Source: Escherichia coli (GTDB taxonomy: Bacteria > Pseudomonadota > Gammaproteobacteria > Enterobacterales > Enterobacteriaceae). Taken from it: a stretch of 64,000 nt of DNA. The notes below the pieces were generated by a model. That model worked only from the letters and a program-made list of their open reading frames with translations, did not search any database and was not told where the DNA came from. The translations under genes and the position numbers were made by a program. This document shows positions 44,306-56,821 of the stretch, piece after piece (position 1 is the stretch's first letter; every line of letters begins with the position of its first letter). Location: NCBI RefSeq assembly GCF_003790525.1, contig NZ_CP033635.1; one strand, given 5' to 3'.

Positions 44306-44536
44306 TTGGATCAAATATTTAAATCTCCTGTTCCTCAAGGGATTAAGTGGTCTGATATAGAGTCACTGGTTAAAGCATTAGGCGGAGAAATTAAGGAAGG
44401 AAGAGGTTCGCGTTGTAAGTTCATACTAAATATGAGCGTTGCGTGTTTCCATCGGCCTCATCCGTCGCCAGATACCGATAAAGGCGCTGTAGAAAGCGTG
44501 CGTGACTGGTTACTAAGTATAGGGGTAAAACCATGA
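44306..44536 (+). CDS. putative HicA/YcfA-like toxin
   Basis: 76-aa ORF (TTG start) with ...IKWSDIESLVKALGG...GS...HRPHP... resembling the HicA mRNA-interferase fold pattern; 4-nt ATGA overlap with the downstream antitoxin-like gene; start uncertain (SD plus ATG at 44262 is in another frame). Confidence 0.45.
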   Translation: MDQIFKSPVPQGIKWSDIESLVKALGGEIKEGRGSRCKFILNMSVACFHRPHPSPDTDKGAVESVRDWLLSIGVKP

Positions 44537-44892
44537 TCAAACTGAAGACGCCAAACTCTATGGAGATTGCCGGGCAACCTGCTGTTATCACTTACGTGCC
44601 AGAACTGAATGCATTTCGTGGCAAATTCCTGGGCTTGTCAGGTTATTGTGATTTTGTCTCTGACAGCATTCAGGGGCTGCAAAAAGAAGGGGAGCTTTCC
44701 CTGCGAGAGTATCTTGAGGATTGTAAAGCTGCGGGTATTGAGCCGTATGCGCGTACAGAAAAGATTAAGACCTTTACATTACGCTATCCAGAATCGCTGA
44801 GTGAACGCCTTAATAATGCGGCTGCGCAGCAACAAGTCTCTGTAAATACTTATATTATTGAAACGCTAAATGAGCGTTTGAATCATTTATAA
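44533..44892 (+). CDS. putative HicB-like antitoxin with C-terminal ribbon-helix-helix region
   Basis: 119-aa ORF; N-terminal HicB/UPF0150-like region (PAVITYVPELNAFRGKFLGLSGYCDFV) and C-terminal DNA-binding-like tail (SLSERLNNAAAQQQVSVNTYIIETLNERL). Confidence 0.55.
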   Translation: MIKLKTPNSMEIAGQPAVITYVPELNAFRGKFLGLSGYCDFVSDSIQGLQKEGELSLREYLEDCKAAGIEPYARTEKIKTFTLRYPESLSERLNNAAAQQQVSVNTYIIETLNERLNHL

Positions 44893-44894
44893 CT

Positions 44895-44934
44895 TATAGC
44901 GGCCCAACAATTTCTGTTGCGCCGCTATATTTTT
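44895..44934 (+). terminator. intrinsic terminator after the HicB-like gene
   Basis: stem tatagcggc / gccgctata with inner caaca/tgttg stem, followed by tttttg. Confidence 0.5.
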
Positions 44935-44941
44935 GTGGCTC

Positions 44942-45802
44942 TTAAGATGCCTTTCTAATCAATCGATGCCCCTCATTCATCATCAGGATTTTGCTATACA
45001 CATCTTCCTCGACGGCATTTTTTGCTGATGCCATCACTCGTGCCAGATTCGCCTCGTTGTGATTATTCACATACGCTTTGCCGACGGCAGTGATAAACGC
45101 TTTGCGCAGATCGCTGGCGATATTCACTTTAGCGACGCGATAATTAACGAAACTGCGTAATATCTCCGGGGCGATACCGGAGCCGCCGTGAATAACCAGC
45201 GGCACCGGGCTGACTTCGGCAATGCGCTTCAGCAGGGGGATATCGATCCGCGGTATATCGTCCAGGCCATGAACGTTACCAATAGAAACTGCCAGCATGT
45301 CGCAACCGGTGCGTTCGACAAAGGTCTTCACCTTTTCCGGTTCCGTTTTGCAATCGGCTTCGCTGACGTGATCGTCTTCTTTGCCGAGAATCGCCCCCAG
45401 CTCCGCTTCAACCGGTACGCCATAGGATTTACAGAAATCGACAGCTTCCTGGGTGAAAGCGATATTCTCTTCAAAAGAGAATGCGGCACCGTCAATCATG
45501 ACCGAGGTAAAGCCCGCGCGCACCGCCTGTTTAACATCCTCCTGAGTTTTCCCGTGATCAAGATGAAGACTGACCGGAACATCCATTTTATCAGCGTGAC
45601 GTTTCACGATTTCATAAATGTAATCGTATCCCGACAGTTGTGCATTGGTGGGCGCAATCTGAATGAAGTTGGGTAATCCTGAACGCTCAATGGCGTTTAA
45701 AATTGAAATCGTTGTCTCCAGATTGGTGGTATTAAATGCGCCCGCTAATACCCGTTTTTCCTGAATGCGGTCGAGCAGTATCCGTCCATTAACTAATGGC
45801 AT
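44942..45802 (-). CDS. class II ketose-bisphosphate aldolase (GatY/KbaY/FbaA family)
   Basis: 286-aa ORF MPLVNGRILLDRIQEKRVLAGAFN... with class II aldolase features (HLDHG, VIHGGSG); last gene of the PTS operon. Confidence 0.85.
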   Translation of the reverse strand: MPLVNGRILLDRIQEKRVLAGAFNTTNLETTISILNAIERSGLPNFIQIAPTNAQLSGYDYIYEIVKRHADKMDVPVSLHLDHGKTQEDVKQAVRAGFTSVMIDGAAFSFEENIAFTQEAVDFCKSYGVPVEAELGAILGKEDDHVSEADCKTEPEKVKTFVERTGCDMLAVSIGNVHGLDDIPRIDIPLLKRIAEVSPVPLVIHGGSGIAPEILRSFVNYRVAKVNIASDLRKAFITAVGKAYVNNHNEANLARVMASAKNAVEEDVYSKILMMNEGHRLIRKAS

Positions 45803-45833
45803 ATTGAAAACCTCATCTTTTAATATCAGTTAA

Positions 45834-46103
45834 TTATTCAGCTTCACCGAAGCGGTCGCGAAATAAGGTAGTGAGAGTTTGTATTGCCTCGTTTTCATCA
45901 TCACCTTCGCAGCGTATTTCCACCGTTTTTCCGCCTTTTATTCCGGCGCGCATAATATTCATCATGCTGGTGGCATTAATATCATTACCTTCATAATGCA
46001 GCGTCACTTTACAGCTATATTTTTTGGCGGCTTTCGCCAGACAGGCCGCCGGACGTGCATGCAGGCCAGTACTGTTTCTGACCTCCACGGTTTTACTCAA
46101 CAT
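45834..46103 (-). CDS. HPr-like phosphocarrier protein (PTS)
   Basis: 89-aa ORF with HPr active-site context NSTGLHARPAACL (His15 equivalent). Confidence 0.8.
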   Translation of the reverse strand: MLSKTVEVRNSTGLHARPAACLAKAAKKYSCKVTLHYEGNDINATSMMNIMRAGIKGGKTVEIRCEGDDENEAIQTLTTLFRDRFGEAE

Positions 46104-47601
46104 AGTGCTCCTCCCGATGATGTAATGGCATCACGCCTTCTTGCTGTAATTTCAACTGATACCAGCTTTTCCATTTGTGCTGATAACGCTGTAATTGATG
46201 GTATCTCGCCCGATTCGGTAACAAACGTTGGGCTATGGTGACTTGCGGCGGTGGAATATCCGGTGCGGCGGTTAATAATGCTCCGACAGAAACCGCCTCG
46301 TTAAATGCAATTGCTTCAACCGGACGCTGTAAAATATCCGCCTTTAATTGCAGCCAAAGGGGATTACGGGTTGCCGGACCTATCACTTTTAACGCGCTGG
46401 TGCCGGGCACATTAAAACAGGCGAAGCAGTTGGCAAATTCCATGGTTAATCCCAGTGAGACGCTGGCAATTAACATATCGATATTTAACGTATCGCCAAG
46501 CCCATAAAATAATCCTCGGGTATGGCGATTTTTATAGGGCGAACCCGAACCGCGAAGATGCGGAATAAAAACGGGAATGTCATCGAGCGACCAGTTCCCC
46601 GCCAGGTAATCCGCATGTCCGCGAGTAAGTGATGCGGCGATCTCCTCATCGGTTAGCCGGAACGTGTTGCGCAGCCACTCCAGAGCGAAACCGCCCACCG
46701 GCAGCGACGCAAACAGGGTGAACTGGTTTGCAAGCGAATAACAGCCGTTTGCCAGCTTGTCACGTTTGGCATGTTCATCCAGCGTCGGTTGTGTATCCAG
46801 TTGCAGAATGCCTTCTGTGGTGCCCGTCGAGTTAAGGATATCGCCCGGCGTCATCTGCAACGCCCGCGCACCCACCATATGGTCATGCCCGGCCAGCGTC
46901 ACGCTGACCGGTTGCAAGAACCCAAGCGTTTTGCAGAGCGACTCGCTGACCCATCCGGCGTGCTCGCCTGGCTGCACCAATGGCGCAAATGCTGAACAGG
47001 GAACGTGTAACAACGCCGCCGCTTTCGCTGACCATTCGCCTTTACGCACGTCCAGACACAGCGTACGGCTGGCTAAGGTGATATCCGTACGCTGTTCGCC
47101 AGTCAGCCGCCAGAGCAGTACTTCCGGCGCATGTAGCCAACGCAGGCCGCGGCGATTACGCAGTGGATAATGCTCCAGCAACCAACGCATTTTGAAGGCA
47201 GAGTAATTGCTGTGCAGCGGTAGCCCGCAGATGTCATAAAGCGCCGCACTGTCTGCCTCACTAAGCGTTGCCAGGTACTCTTCACCGCGGCGGTCATACC
47301 ATGCCAGCATTGGCGTCAGGATCTCGCCATGCTCGTCAAGAAACACCCCTGACTCGCCAAAACTGGCAATGCTTATCCGCCTGACCGGCAGCGGCGAAGC
47401 GGCGCTCAGTTGCGCTATTGCCTGGCGGACCTCCTGCCAGAGGGCGTCGATATCGAAATCGACATCGCCCTGTGGGGAGATCTGTTTTGCCGTCACGAAT
47501 TTATGCGCGCCCAACGTCGTTGCATCCAGGCAGGAAAAGCAGGTGACTTTGCAATTGGTGGTGCCAATATCGATAACGATAGCTGCGCTGTTATCAGGCA
47601 T
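46093..47601 (-). CDS. FGGY-family carbohydrate kinase
   Basis: 502-aa ORF; N-terminal AIVIDIGTTNCK and LAWYDRRG blocks typical of FGGY kinases; overlaps flanking genes by 8-11 nt. Confidence 0.8.
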   Translation of the reverse strand: MPDNSAAIVIDIGTTNCKVTCFSCLDATTLGAHKFVTAKQISPQGDVDFDIDALWQEVRQAIAQLSAASPLPVRRISIASFGESGVFLDEHGEILTPMLAWYDRRGEEYLATLSEADSAALYDICGLPLHSNYSAFKMRWLLEHYPLRNRRGLRWLHAPEVLLWRLTGEQRTDITLASRTLCLDVRKGEWSAKAAALLHVPCSAFAPLVQPGEHAGWVSESLCKTLGFLQPVSVTLAGHDHMVGARALQMTPGDILNSTGTTEGILQLDTQPTLDEHAKRDKLANGCYSLANQFTLFASLPVGGFALEWLRNTFRLTDEEIAASLTRGHADYLAGNWSLDDIPVFIPHLRGSGSPYKNRHTRGLFYGLGDTLNIDMLIASVSLGLTMEFANCFACFNVPGTSALKVIGPATRNPLWLQLKADILQRPVEAIAFNEAVSVGALLTAAPDIPPPQVTIAQRLLPNRARYHQLQRYQHKWKSWYQLKLQQEGVMPLHHREEHYVE

Positions 47602-48952
47602 AAACCGTGCTCCGCGTCATTCGGAAAATGCCATACAGTACCAGGGCGATAACCGGCACCAGACCAATGGCGATGAGATTGCCGTTGAAGATTTCCAGCA
47701 GCCAGAAGCGGAACGGGTTACCGCCATCAAGGAAACTGGAAACCTGGCCGCTGGAGCCTTCGGCAAATTTGAAGTTAACGTCTTTCGCCATTCCGGTAAT
47801 AAACGGCGCGATTTTAGTGGCAATCCACAGGTCGGCAATAATCACCGGGATCGCCGCCAGAACGGTGCGGAAAATATTGCCACGGCTGGCTAAAGCAATC
47901 ATCGACGCCATTACCGCCAGGTTGGCAAGGTCACCAAGCGGCAGGACTTCATTACCTGGGAGGACAAACGCGATAAAGACCGAGATTGGCGTCAGCAGCA
48001 GGGCGGTGGAGATAATCGCCGGGTTACCTACGGCAACGGCGATATCCAGGCCGATATAGAGATCGTCACGGTCAGGGTATTTGGCATTGAGATACTTTTT
48101 AATGGCTTCAGACAGCGGTAATAAACCTTCCATCAGGATGCGTACCATGCGTGGCAGGATGAACATCACACCGCCAATGCTGATGCCAAGCAGCAAGACT
48201 TTTTTGAAATCGTATCCGGCAATTACGCCGAGCAGAATGCCCAGAATAGTGCCAACCATCATCGGTTCGCCGAAGATGCCAAACTTTTTCTGTACGGTTT
48301 CCGGGTCGATATGAATACGATTGAGGCCAGGGATATGGTCGATGATTTTGTCGACCAGCAGACCGACCGGGAAGAACACCACCGAAGAGAGCGTCGGCAA
48401 TGAGATCCCTTCCAGGCCAAAGTATTTTTGTACCAGTGGCGCAGACCAGTCGGCGAGTTTTAGCACCACCACTGCGGCAATCGCGGCCGCCAGCAAACCA
48501 AAGAACAGGCTGCCGGTGCTGTAATAAACCAGCGTACCGGCAAGGGCAAAATGCCAGTAGTTCCACATATCTACATCAACGGTGCGGGTTTTATTCAACG
48601 CCAGCATTGCGACATTAATCAGAATGGTCAGGGGAATAACAAACGGGGCAATTGGCGACCCCCAGGTAATGGCAGAAAGCGGCGGCCAGCCTAAATCCAC
48701 CACCGGTAAATTAATTCCGGTGCGTTCAACCATCGCCTGGGCCGCTGGCCCGACATTGCTGGTAAGAATATCGAAAATGGCATAAATACCGACAAAACCA
48801 ATGCCGACCGTTAATGACGAGCGTAAGGCTTTAGCGGGTTTTACTTTAAAACAGAGAGCAAGAATAAATAACACCAACGGCAACATTACCGTGGGGCCAA
48901 ATCCCAATATATATTGCACAATATTATAGAGGGTATGCGCGATATCGTTCAT
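47594..48952 (-). CDS. PTS EIIC component, galactitol (Gat/Sgc) family
   Basis: 452 aa from MNDIAHTLYNIVQYILGFGPTVMLP; polytopic, collinear with GatC-type EIIC; the track ORF adds 10 upstream codons. Confidence 0.85.
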   Translation of the reverse strand: MNDIAHTLYNIVQYILGFGPTVMLPLVLFILALCFKVKPAKALRSSLTVGIGFVGIYAIFDILTSNVGPAAQAMVERTGINLPVVDLGWPPLSAITWGSPIAPFVIPLTILINVAMLALNKTRTVDVDMWNYWHFALAGTLVYYSTGSLFFGLLAAAIAAVVVLKLADWSAPLVQKYFGLEGISLPTLSSVVFFPVGLLVDKIIDHIPGLNRIHIDPETVQKKFGIFGEPMMVGTILGILLGVIAGYDFKKVLLLGISIGGVMFILPRMVRILMEGLLPLSEAIKKYLNAKYPDRDDLYIGLDIAVAVGNPAIISTALLLTPISVFIAFVLPGNEVLPLGDLANLAVMASMIALASRGNIFRTVLAAIPVIIADLWIATKIAPFITGMAKDVNFKFAEGSSGQVSSFLDGGNPFRFWLLEIFNGNLIAIGLVPVIALVLYGIFRMTRSTVYA

Positions 48953-49025
48953 AATAAACCTCTTTTTCAGGCGAGAGCGCACCTCGCGTTAGCGCCTGAT
49001 GGAGTGGGTTGGAATTAATTATTAA

Positions 49026-49307
49026 TTACTTTTTAAGAATCGAAACAATTTGCGCCAGCACTTTCTCTTCGCCAATACCGGTAATAATGGGTAAGCCGTT
49101 AACCACCGGCACGTCGAGTTCATAAGGCACTTTAGTCGTTGAAACAACCAGCGCTACGCCGTCGGTATTACCGGGTAAAGAGGCAACGTTGGTTTGGGAA
49201 TAATTGACGTTAAGGCCGTGCTCTTTGCAATACTCCATGACTTTTTCTGTTACCGCCGTGGATGTGGCAATACCTGTGGCGCAGACAAATAAAATGGTTT
49301 GACTCAT
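49026..49307 (-). CDS. PTS EIIB component (Gat/Sga-type)
   Basis: 93-aa ORF with phospho-cysteine context ILFVCATGIATS near the N-terminus. Confidence 0.85.
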   Translation of the reverse strand: MSQTILFVCATGIATSTAVTEKVMEYCKEHGLNVNYSQTNVASLPGNTDGVALVVSTTKVPYELDVPVVNGLPIITGIGEEKVLAQIVSILKK

Positions 49308-49777
49308 ATTTCACCTCGTTCATTCATTTTGTTTAAGATTACTGTGTGTATTTCTGTTGTTTCCATCGTAAGCAAGGCTTGCATAAAGGGCGTATCCTGA
49401 ATCATCTCCATAATCCAGCCCAGGGCATTTAATTGTTTGTTACTTTCGCTTAAGGCGAGCAAAAAAATCACCCTGACAGGCACGGGATCAGGGTCGCCGC
49501 CCATATCGGCAAACTCTACCGGCTCTGGCAAAATACCGACGGCAATTGCATTGTGCCGGACATGTTTATGGTCCGTGTGCGGAATGGCGACGCACGGTGG
49601 TTCGGTAGGCAGCCCCGTTGGATACGTCGCCTCACGTTTCAGTACGTGATTGGCAAAATCAGGGACCACCAGCTCAGCAGCAACCAACGGTTGCGCTAAC
49701 TGACGGATGATCTGTTCAACGCTTAACCCTGCCGGAAGTCGTTGAATATAATTTTCCTGAAACTGTATGCCTTGCAT
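49304..49777 (-). CDS. PTS EIIA component (fructose/mannitol-type EIIA)
   Basis: Start at ATG 49777 with SD AGGA (MQGIQFQENYI); phospho-histidine context VAIPHTDHKH; 4-nt overlap with the EIIB gene. Confidence 0.8.
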   Translation of the reverse strand: MQGIQFQENYIQRLPAGLSVEQIIRQLAQPLVAAELVVPDFANHVLKREATYPTGLPTEPPCVAIPHTDHKHVRHNAIAVGILPEPVEFADMGGDPDPVPVRVIFLLALSESNKQLNALGWIMEMIQDTPFMQALLTMETTEIHTVILNKMNERGEI

Positions 49778-49801
49778 TTTATTCCTCATAAAAAAGTGTA
49801 T

Positions 49802-50557
49802 TTAACTCACTTCCCGCCGTTGCAGCACGGTGCCCAGATAATATTTATTTCCTTTTAACCAGACGTTGCCAAACTCAACGGGTAACTCTCGGGAGAAAAA
49901 GACTAACTGCTCCAGATGCAAAACGGGTGCATCTTCACTGATATCTAAAAAATGACCGCGTTCATTACCAATTAATCGCGCGGCATAGCGACTTTCCGAG
50001 TAACGAATTTTTCTTTGCGACAAACTTTCTATTGTTGGAAATAAATTGTGTTGATTAAAATCGATTTCCACGATGCCGGGGCATAGCTCAATATTGATAC
50101 GGTTCTCTATCAGCATCGCTTTTTCATCACCAATTGAACGTAAACGCTCAAGGTAAAGAATATCCTGACCGGGCGTTATTCTTAATTTCTCTGCCACATA
50201 ACGATTAGCCGGTTCAATCCGTGACGTAATAACTTCAGTGGTAAAATGTATTTTCTGGCTTTCCAGCGATTCCGCGAATGACAATAATCCTTCACCTAAC
50301 GGATATGCCACGTTCTCTTTTTTGACAAAAGTTCCCTTCCCCTGGACCTGAATCAACACGCCTTCTTTTACCAGTTGGGCGACCGCTTTTTTAACGGTTC
50401 CCCGACTCACTTCCAGCATATCCATAATCTGGTATTCCGAAGGAATGCGATCGTCTTCCACCAGATCCCCGGTATAAATACTTTCTCTTATCCACTCCAC
50501 CACTTGTTGATAGAGCGGTATTTGTGACGACTTACTTAATGATTTCATGGCGCGCAC
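49802..50557 (-). CDS. GntR/HutC-family transcriptional regulator
   Basis: 251-aa ORF; N-terminal winged HTH (IPSEYQIMDMLEVSRGTVKKAVAQLVKEG) and C-terminal UTRA-like effector domain; 12 nt upstream of the EIIA gene. Confidence 0.85.
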   Translation of the reverse strand: MRAMKSLSKSSQIPLYQQVVEWIRESIYTGDLVEDDRIPSEYQIMDMLEVSRGTVKKAVAQLVKEGVLIQVQGKGTFVKKENVAYPLGEGLLSFAESLESQKIHFTTEVITSRIEPANRYVAEKLRITPGQDILYLERLRSIGDEKAMLIENRINIELCPGIVEIDFNQHNLFPTIESLSQRKIRYSESRYAARLIGNERGHFLDISEDAPVLHLEQLVFFSRELPVEFGNVWLKGNKYYLGTVLQRREVS

Positions 50558-50571
50558 CTGAACATTTACAG

Positions 50572-50585
50572 TTGTCTATGGACAA
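50572..50585. promoter_or_regulatory. candidate GntR-family operator (perfect inverted repeat TTGTC-N4-GACAA)
   Basis: ttgtctatggacaa 15 bp upstream of the regulator start, followed by a further GGACAAC half-site. Confidence 0.4.
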
Positions 50586-50746
50586 TCATGGACAACTTCA
50601 AGCGTATAGTAGGTGAACGGGAGAAAAAGAGGATCGAAGCGTCTCACATTTTGAGGGACCAAATCGTGATCAAAAAAATGTGACGTGAGTCGATATTTGG
50701 CAGGAATTTACTGCGCCGTCAGGAAATAACGGCGCGTGGGTAGGTG

Positions 50747-53550
<2,804 letters not shown>

Positions 53551-53554
<4 letters not shown>

Positions 53555-54495
53555 GCGTGGGCTCCTTCATGACGACGAATACGTGGGTCCAGCGCGGCGT
53601 TGAGCAAATCGACAATCAAATTACAGACCACAAAAACCACCACCATCATCAGCGTAAAGCACTGGATCACCGGATAGTCACGGTTGAAAATCGCCGACAC
53701 CGCATAGCGCCCGACGCCCGGCCAGGCAAAGATGTTTTCGATAATCATCGTCCCGCCAATCAGTTCGCCAATGTGCATCCCCACGGCGGTGATCATCGGC
53801 AGCGAGGCATTGCGCAGGATGTGGCGGCGTTCGGTCTGTTTGTCGTTCAGGCCGCGCAGTCGCGCCCAGGTCACATGACGCTGACCGGCGACGTCCAGCA
53901 TACTGGCGCGCAGCAGACGCGCGTTAATCGCCAGCGACATAAAAGCGATGGAAACCGCAGGCAAAATGATGTGCTGCCAGCCGCCGTAACCCATCGCGGG
54001 CAGCCATTGCAGATACACTGAAAATGCCATCACCAGTAAAAACGCCAACCAGAAGTTAGGCATCGACACGCCAAGAAACGCGATAAAACGCACGGCGAAA
54101 TCCGGCAGGCGGTCGCGATGGCGCGCCGCCCAGATGCCGAGCGGCACGGAAGTGAGCAGAATTAATACCAGCGCCGCACCCGCCAGCTCCAGCGTGGCGG
54201 GCAGGAAGGTCAGCATATCGTCCAGCACCGGGCGTTGGCTGGCGAATGAGATACCAAAGTCAAGATGCAGCGCTTTCCACAACCAGGTTCCGTACTGCAC
54301 GTACAACGGCTGATCCAGCCCCAGCATGGTGCGGGTAGAAGCCAGCATTTCCGGCGTCGGCGGCAGGTTAGACAGACGCAGATAATCGAGCGCCGGGTCG
54401 CCGGTGCCGAGGCGCAGCATCAGAAAAATGATCACCGAGGCGGCGAGCACCATCGGGATCAGCAGCAGAAAGCGGCGTAATACATAACGCAACAT
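53551..54495 (-). CDS. nikB: nickel ABC transporter permease NikB
   Basis: 314-aa permease of the DppB/OppB type. Confidence 0.93.
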
Positions 54496-56069
54496 TAAGG
54501 TTTCACCGGTTTAATCTGTTCGAACGGGATTTCGGTGGCGATCGGCGCGTAGGGGATGTTACCCAGTTCCGGTTTTGAAACCACCATCATTGAGATATAG
54601 CTGATGGGCAGATAAACCGCCTCGTTATGCAGACGGGTCAGAATGTCGCGATACAGTGCCTGACGTTGTGTTTCGTCGTGTGTCGCCAGCACTTCGCCAA
54701 TCTCTTTATCAATCAGTGGCTTGTCGGCTAAACCTTGCTGTGCCTGGAAGTCAGCGTGCGACGGTACGCGCATTGAACTCAGGAAGGCGTGTGGATCGTA
54801 TGGCGCGCCCCAGGTACGGTGGAAAATCATGCCAAAACGACCGTCGCGCTGACGAGCATAGATACTGCTCTCTTCTTCGCCGATCAGCGTGACATCCGCG
54901 CCAATCTGGCGCATATCAGCCTGAATGATTTCGGCCATTGATTTGCTTAACGCATCGGTGCCGATGAACGACAGTTCAATGCGCAGCGGCTGACCATTTT
55001 TCTCGCGGATGTCTTTGCCTGCGGGCAGCGTCCAGCCTGCTTGTTCCAGCAACGCTTTCGCTTTCTGCGGATCGTACTGGCGCGGTTTCAGGCCGAGATT
55101 GGCATAGGGCACGGAAGGGGCAAACAGGGTGTCGGCGACCTGCTGGGTGCCATACAACGCGTTATCGATCAGCGATTTTTTGTTTACCGCGTAATTGAGA
55201 GCTTCACGTACGGCCAGCTCGTTGGTGGGGGCTTTGGCAGTATTGAGCGCCAGCATCACGGTTTCGATCGGCTGTGACAGTTGGGTGTGGTAAGCCGAGT
55301 TCTGGCTAAAGCGGGCGAAGGTATCGAGCGGTAATAGCCCTTCATTACCGTATAGTAGATCGATATCGCCGGTTTCAAACGCTACTGCGCGGGTAGTCGG
55401 GTCTGGGATGACGTTAAAAGTGATCTTCTTAATCGCCGGCTTTTCGCCCCAGTAGTTTTCGTTACGGACGAAGACATCGTACTGATTCAGTTTCGATTCC
55501 TGCAAAACCCACGGCCCGGTGCCAATCGGCGCTTTAATCCCATTCATGGTTTCATGGTTTTTAAACTGCGAGGGGGCGATAAAGCGGAAAGGGCGCGGCA
55601 GGGCCAGTTCTTGCAGGAAAGGATAGTAGGCGCTTTTCAGGGTGATTTGCAGCTCGTTTTTGCTGAGTGCTTTGACATCAACAATCTGGTTTGCCAGCTC
55701 CAGCCAGGCGTGACGTTGACGGTTGTCGAGCACAGCGCGGAAGTTTTCTGCCGCGGCCTCTGCATCAAACGGTTCACCGTTAGAGAATTTCACATCATCA
55801 CGCAGGGTGAAGGTCCAGGTTTTGCCATCTTCTGAATGGGTCCAGCTTTTTGCCAGCCACGGGATCACCGAACCGTCTGCCTGATATTTCACCAGTGGTT
55901 CATAAACCATGCTCTGGGCGAACATTTGGTTAGGCGTGTAAAGGTGCGGGTTTAGTGGCCCGACATTCACCGGCCAGGCGGTGGTGATTTCATCTGGTGC
56001 AGCGGCATGGACGATAAAAGACGCACAAGCCAGCAGCGCAAATAGAGTGCGGCGGAGTGTAGAGAACAT
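54495..56069 (-). CDS. nikA: periplasmic nickel-binding protein NikA
   Basis: 524-aa ORF with signal peptide; family 5 solute-binding protein recognised as NikA. Confidence 0.95.
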   Translation of the reverse strand: MFSTLRRTLFALLACASFIVHAAAPDEITTAWPVNVGPLNPHLYTPNQMFAQSMVYEPLVKYQADGSVIPWLAKSWTHSEDGKTWTFTLRDDVKFSNGEPFDAEAAAENFRAVLDNRQRHAWLELANQIVDVKALSKNELQITLKSAYYPFLQELALPRPFRFIAPSQFKNHETMNGIKAPIGTGPWVLQESKLNQYDVFVRNENYWGEKPAIKKITFNVIPDPTTRAVAFETGDIDLLYGNEGLLPLDTFARFSQNSAYHTQLSQPIETVMLALNTAKAPTNELAVREALNYAVNKKSLIDNALYGTQQVADTLFAPSVPYANLGLKPRQYDPQKAKALLEQAGWTLPAGKDIREKNGQPLRIELSFIGTDALSKSMAEIIQADMRQIGADVTLIGEEESSIYARQRDGRFGMIFHRTWGAPYDPHAFLSSMRVPSHADFQAQQGLADKPLIDKEIGEVLATHDETQRQALYRDILTRLHNEAVYLPISYISMMVVSKPELGNIPYAPIATEIPFEQIKPVKP

Positions 56070-56106
56070 GGTAACCCCAATGGATTAAAATAGATGGCGG
56101 AAATAA

Positions 56107-56134
56107 GTATGACGATTTTAAGTATTCGTCATAC
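56107..56134. promoter_or_regulatory. NikR operator in the nikA promoter (GTATGA-N16-TCATAC)
   Basis: gtatga-cgattttaagtattcg-tcatac, perfect inverted hexamers with 16-bp spacer, 38 bp upstream of the nikA start. Confidence 0.7.
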
Positions 56135-56179
56135 TGATTACCTGTTCTGGATCAATAGATGGGCAGTCGGGTGGGCGGA

Positions 56180-56767
56180 TCAGTTAACTGAATCGATCCA
56201 TTGCACACTGTCGGCGGTGAGCGTAAAGGGGGTAGGGGTGCAGATCGCCAGGCTTAAATTTTCTAGCTGACAATGGCTGACTGACAGCGAGGAGTTATAG
56301 GTGCTGTCTACGCTGACGATTTGCCAGGCGCTGCCGCCACGCTGTTTAACGATGGCTTCTTTGCGCGTCCAGATGCGCCAGAACATTTCCAGTTGCTGAT
56401 CAGGATGCACGGCGTCCATCTCGGCATGTTCCCCAAGGCTGAATACGGCGTTCGCCAGCCAGCGCCAGTTGGCGCGCGGGCGAATCACTTCGATATCGCA
56501 GCCGACTTCGCCTTCATCGCTCAACAGCAGGGCGATATCGTCACCGCTATGGCTTAAGTTGAACCATAGCGGCGTTTCCGGCGCGAATGCAGGTTTGCCT
56601 TGTTCGCCATAGATGATCTCCGGTAGCGGGGAAAGCGTGTGCGAAAGCAATGCACGCCCCGCCAGCCAGCGTTCGCGTCGTGGACCTTGCGGTGCTTGCT
56701 CGCGTAAACCCGGTGGCAGAGGAGCTGCGCTTAAGGTCGAAACTTTCCCCAGAACTATCCGATACAT
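56180..56767 (-). CDS. acpT: 4'-phosphopantetheinyl transferase AcpT
   Basis: 195-aa ORF recognised as AcpT (Sfp/EntD-type PPTase). Confidence 0.9.
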   Translation of the reverse strand: MYRIVLGKVSTLSAAPLPPGLREQAPQGPRRERWLAGRALLSHTLSPLPEIIYGEQGKPAFAPETPLWFNLSHSGDDIALLLSDEGEVGCDIEVIRPRANWRWLANAVFSLGEHAEMDAVHPDQQLEMFWRIWTRKEAIVKQRGGSAWQIVSVDSTYNSSLSVSHCQLENLSLAICTPTPFTLTADSVQWIDSVN

Positions 56768-56821
56768 ATCAGGGCCAACGTTTAATGGAAAATGAAAGTG
56801 CGTATCGTAACACTTGTCGCC

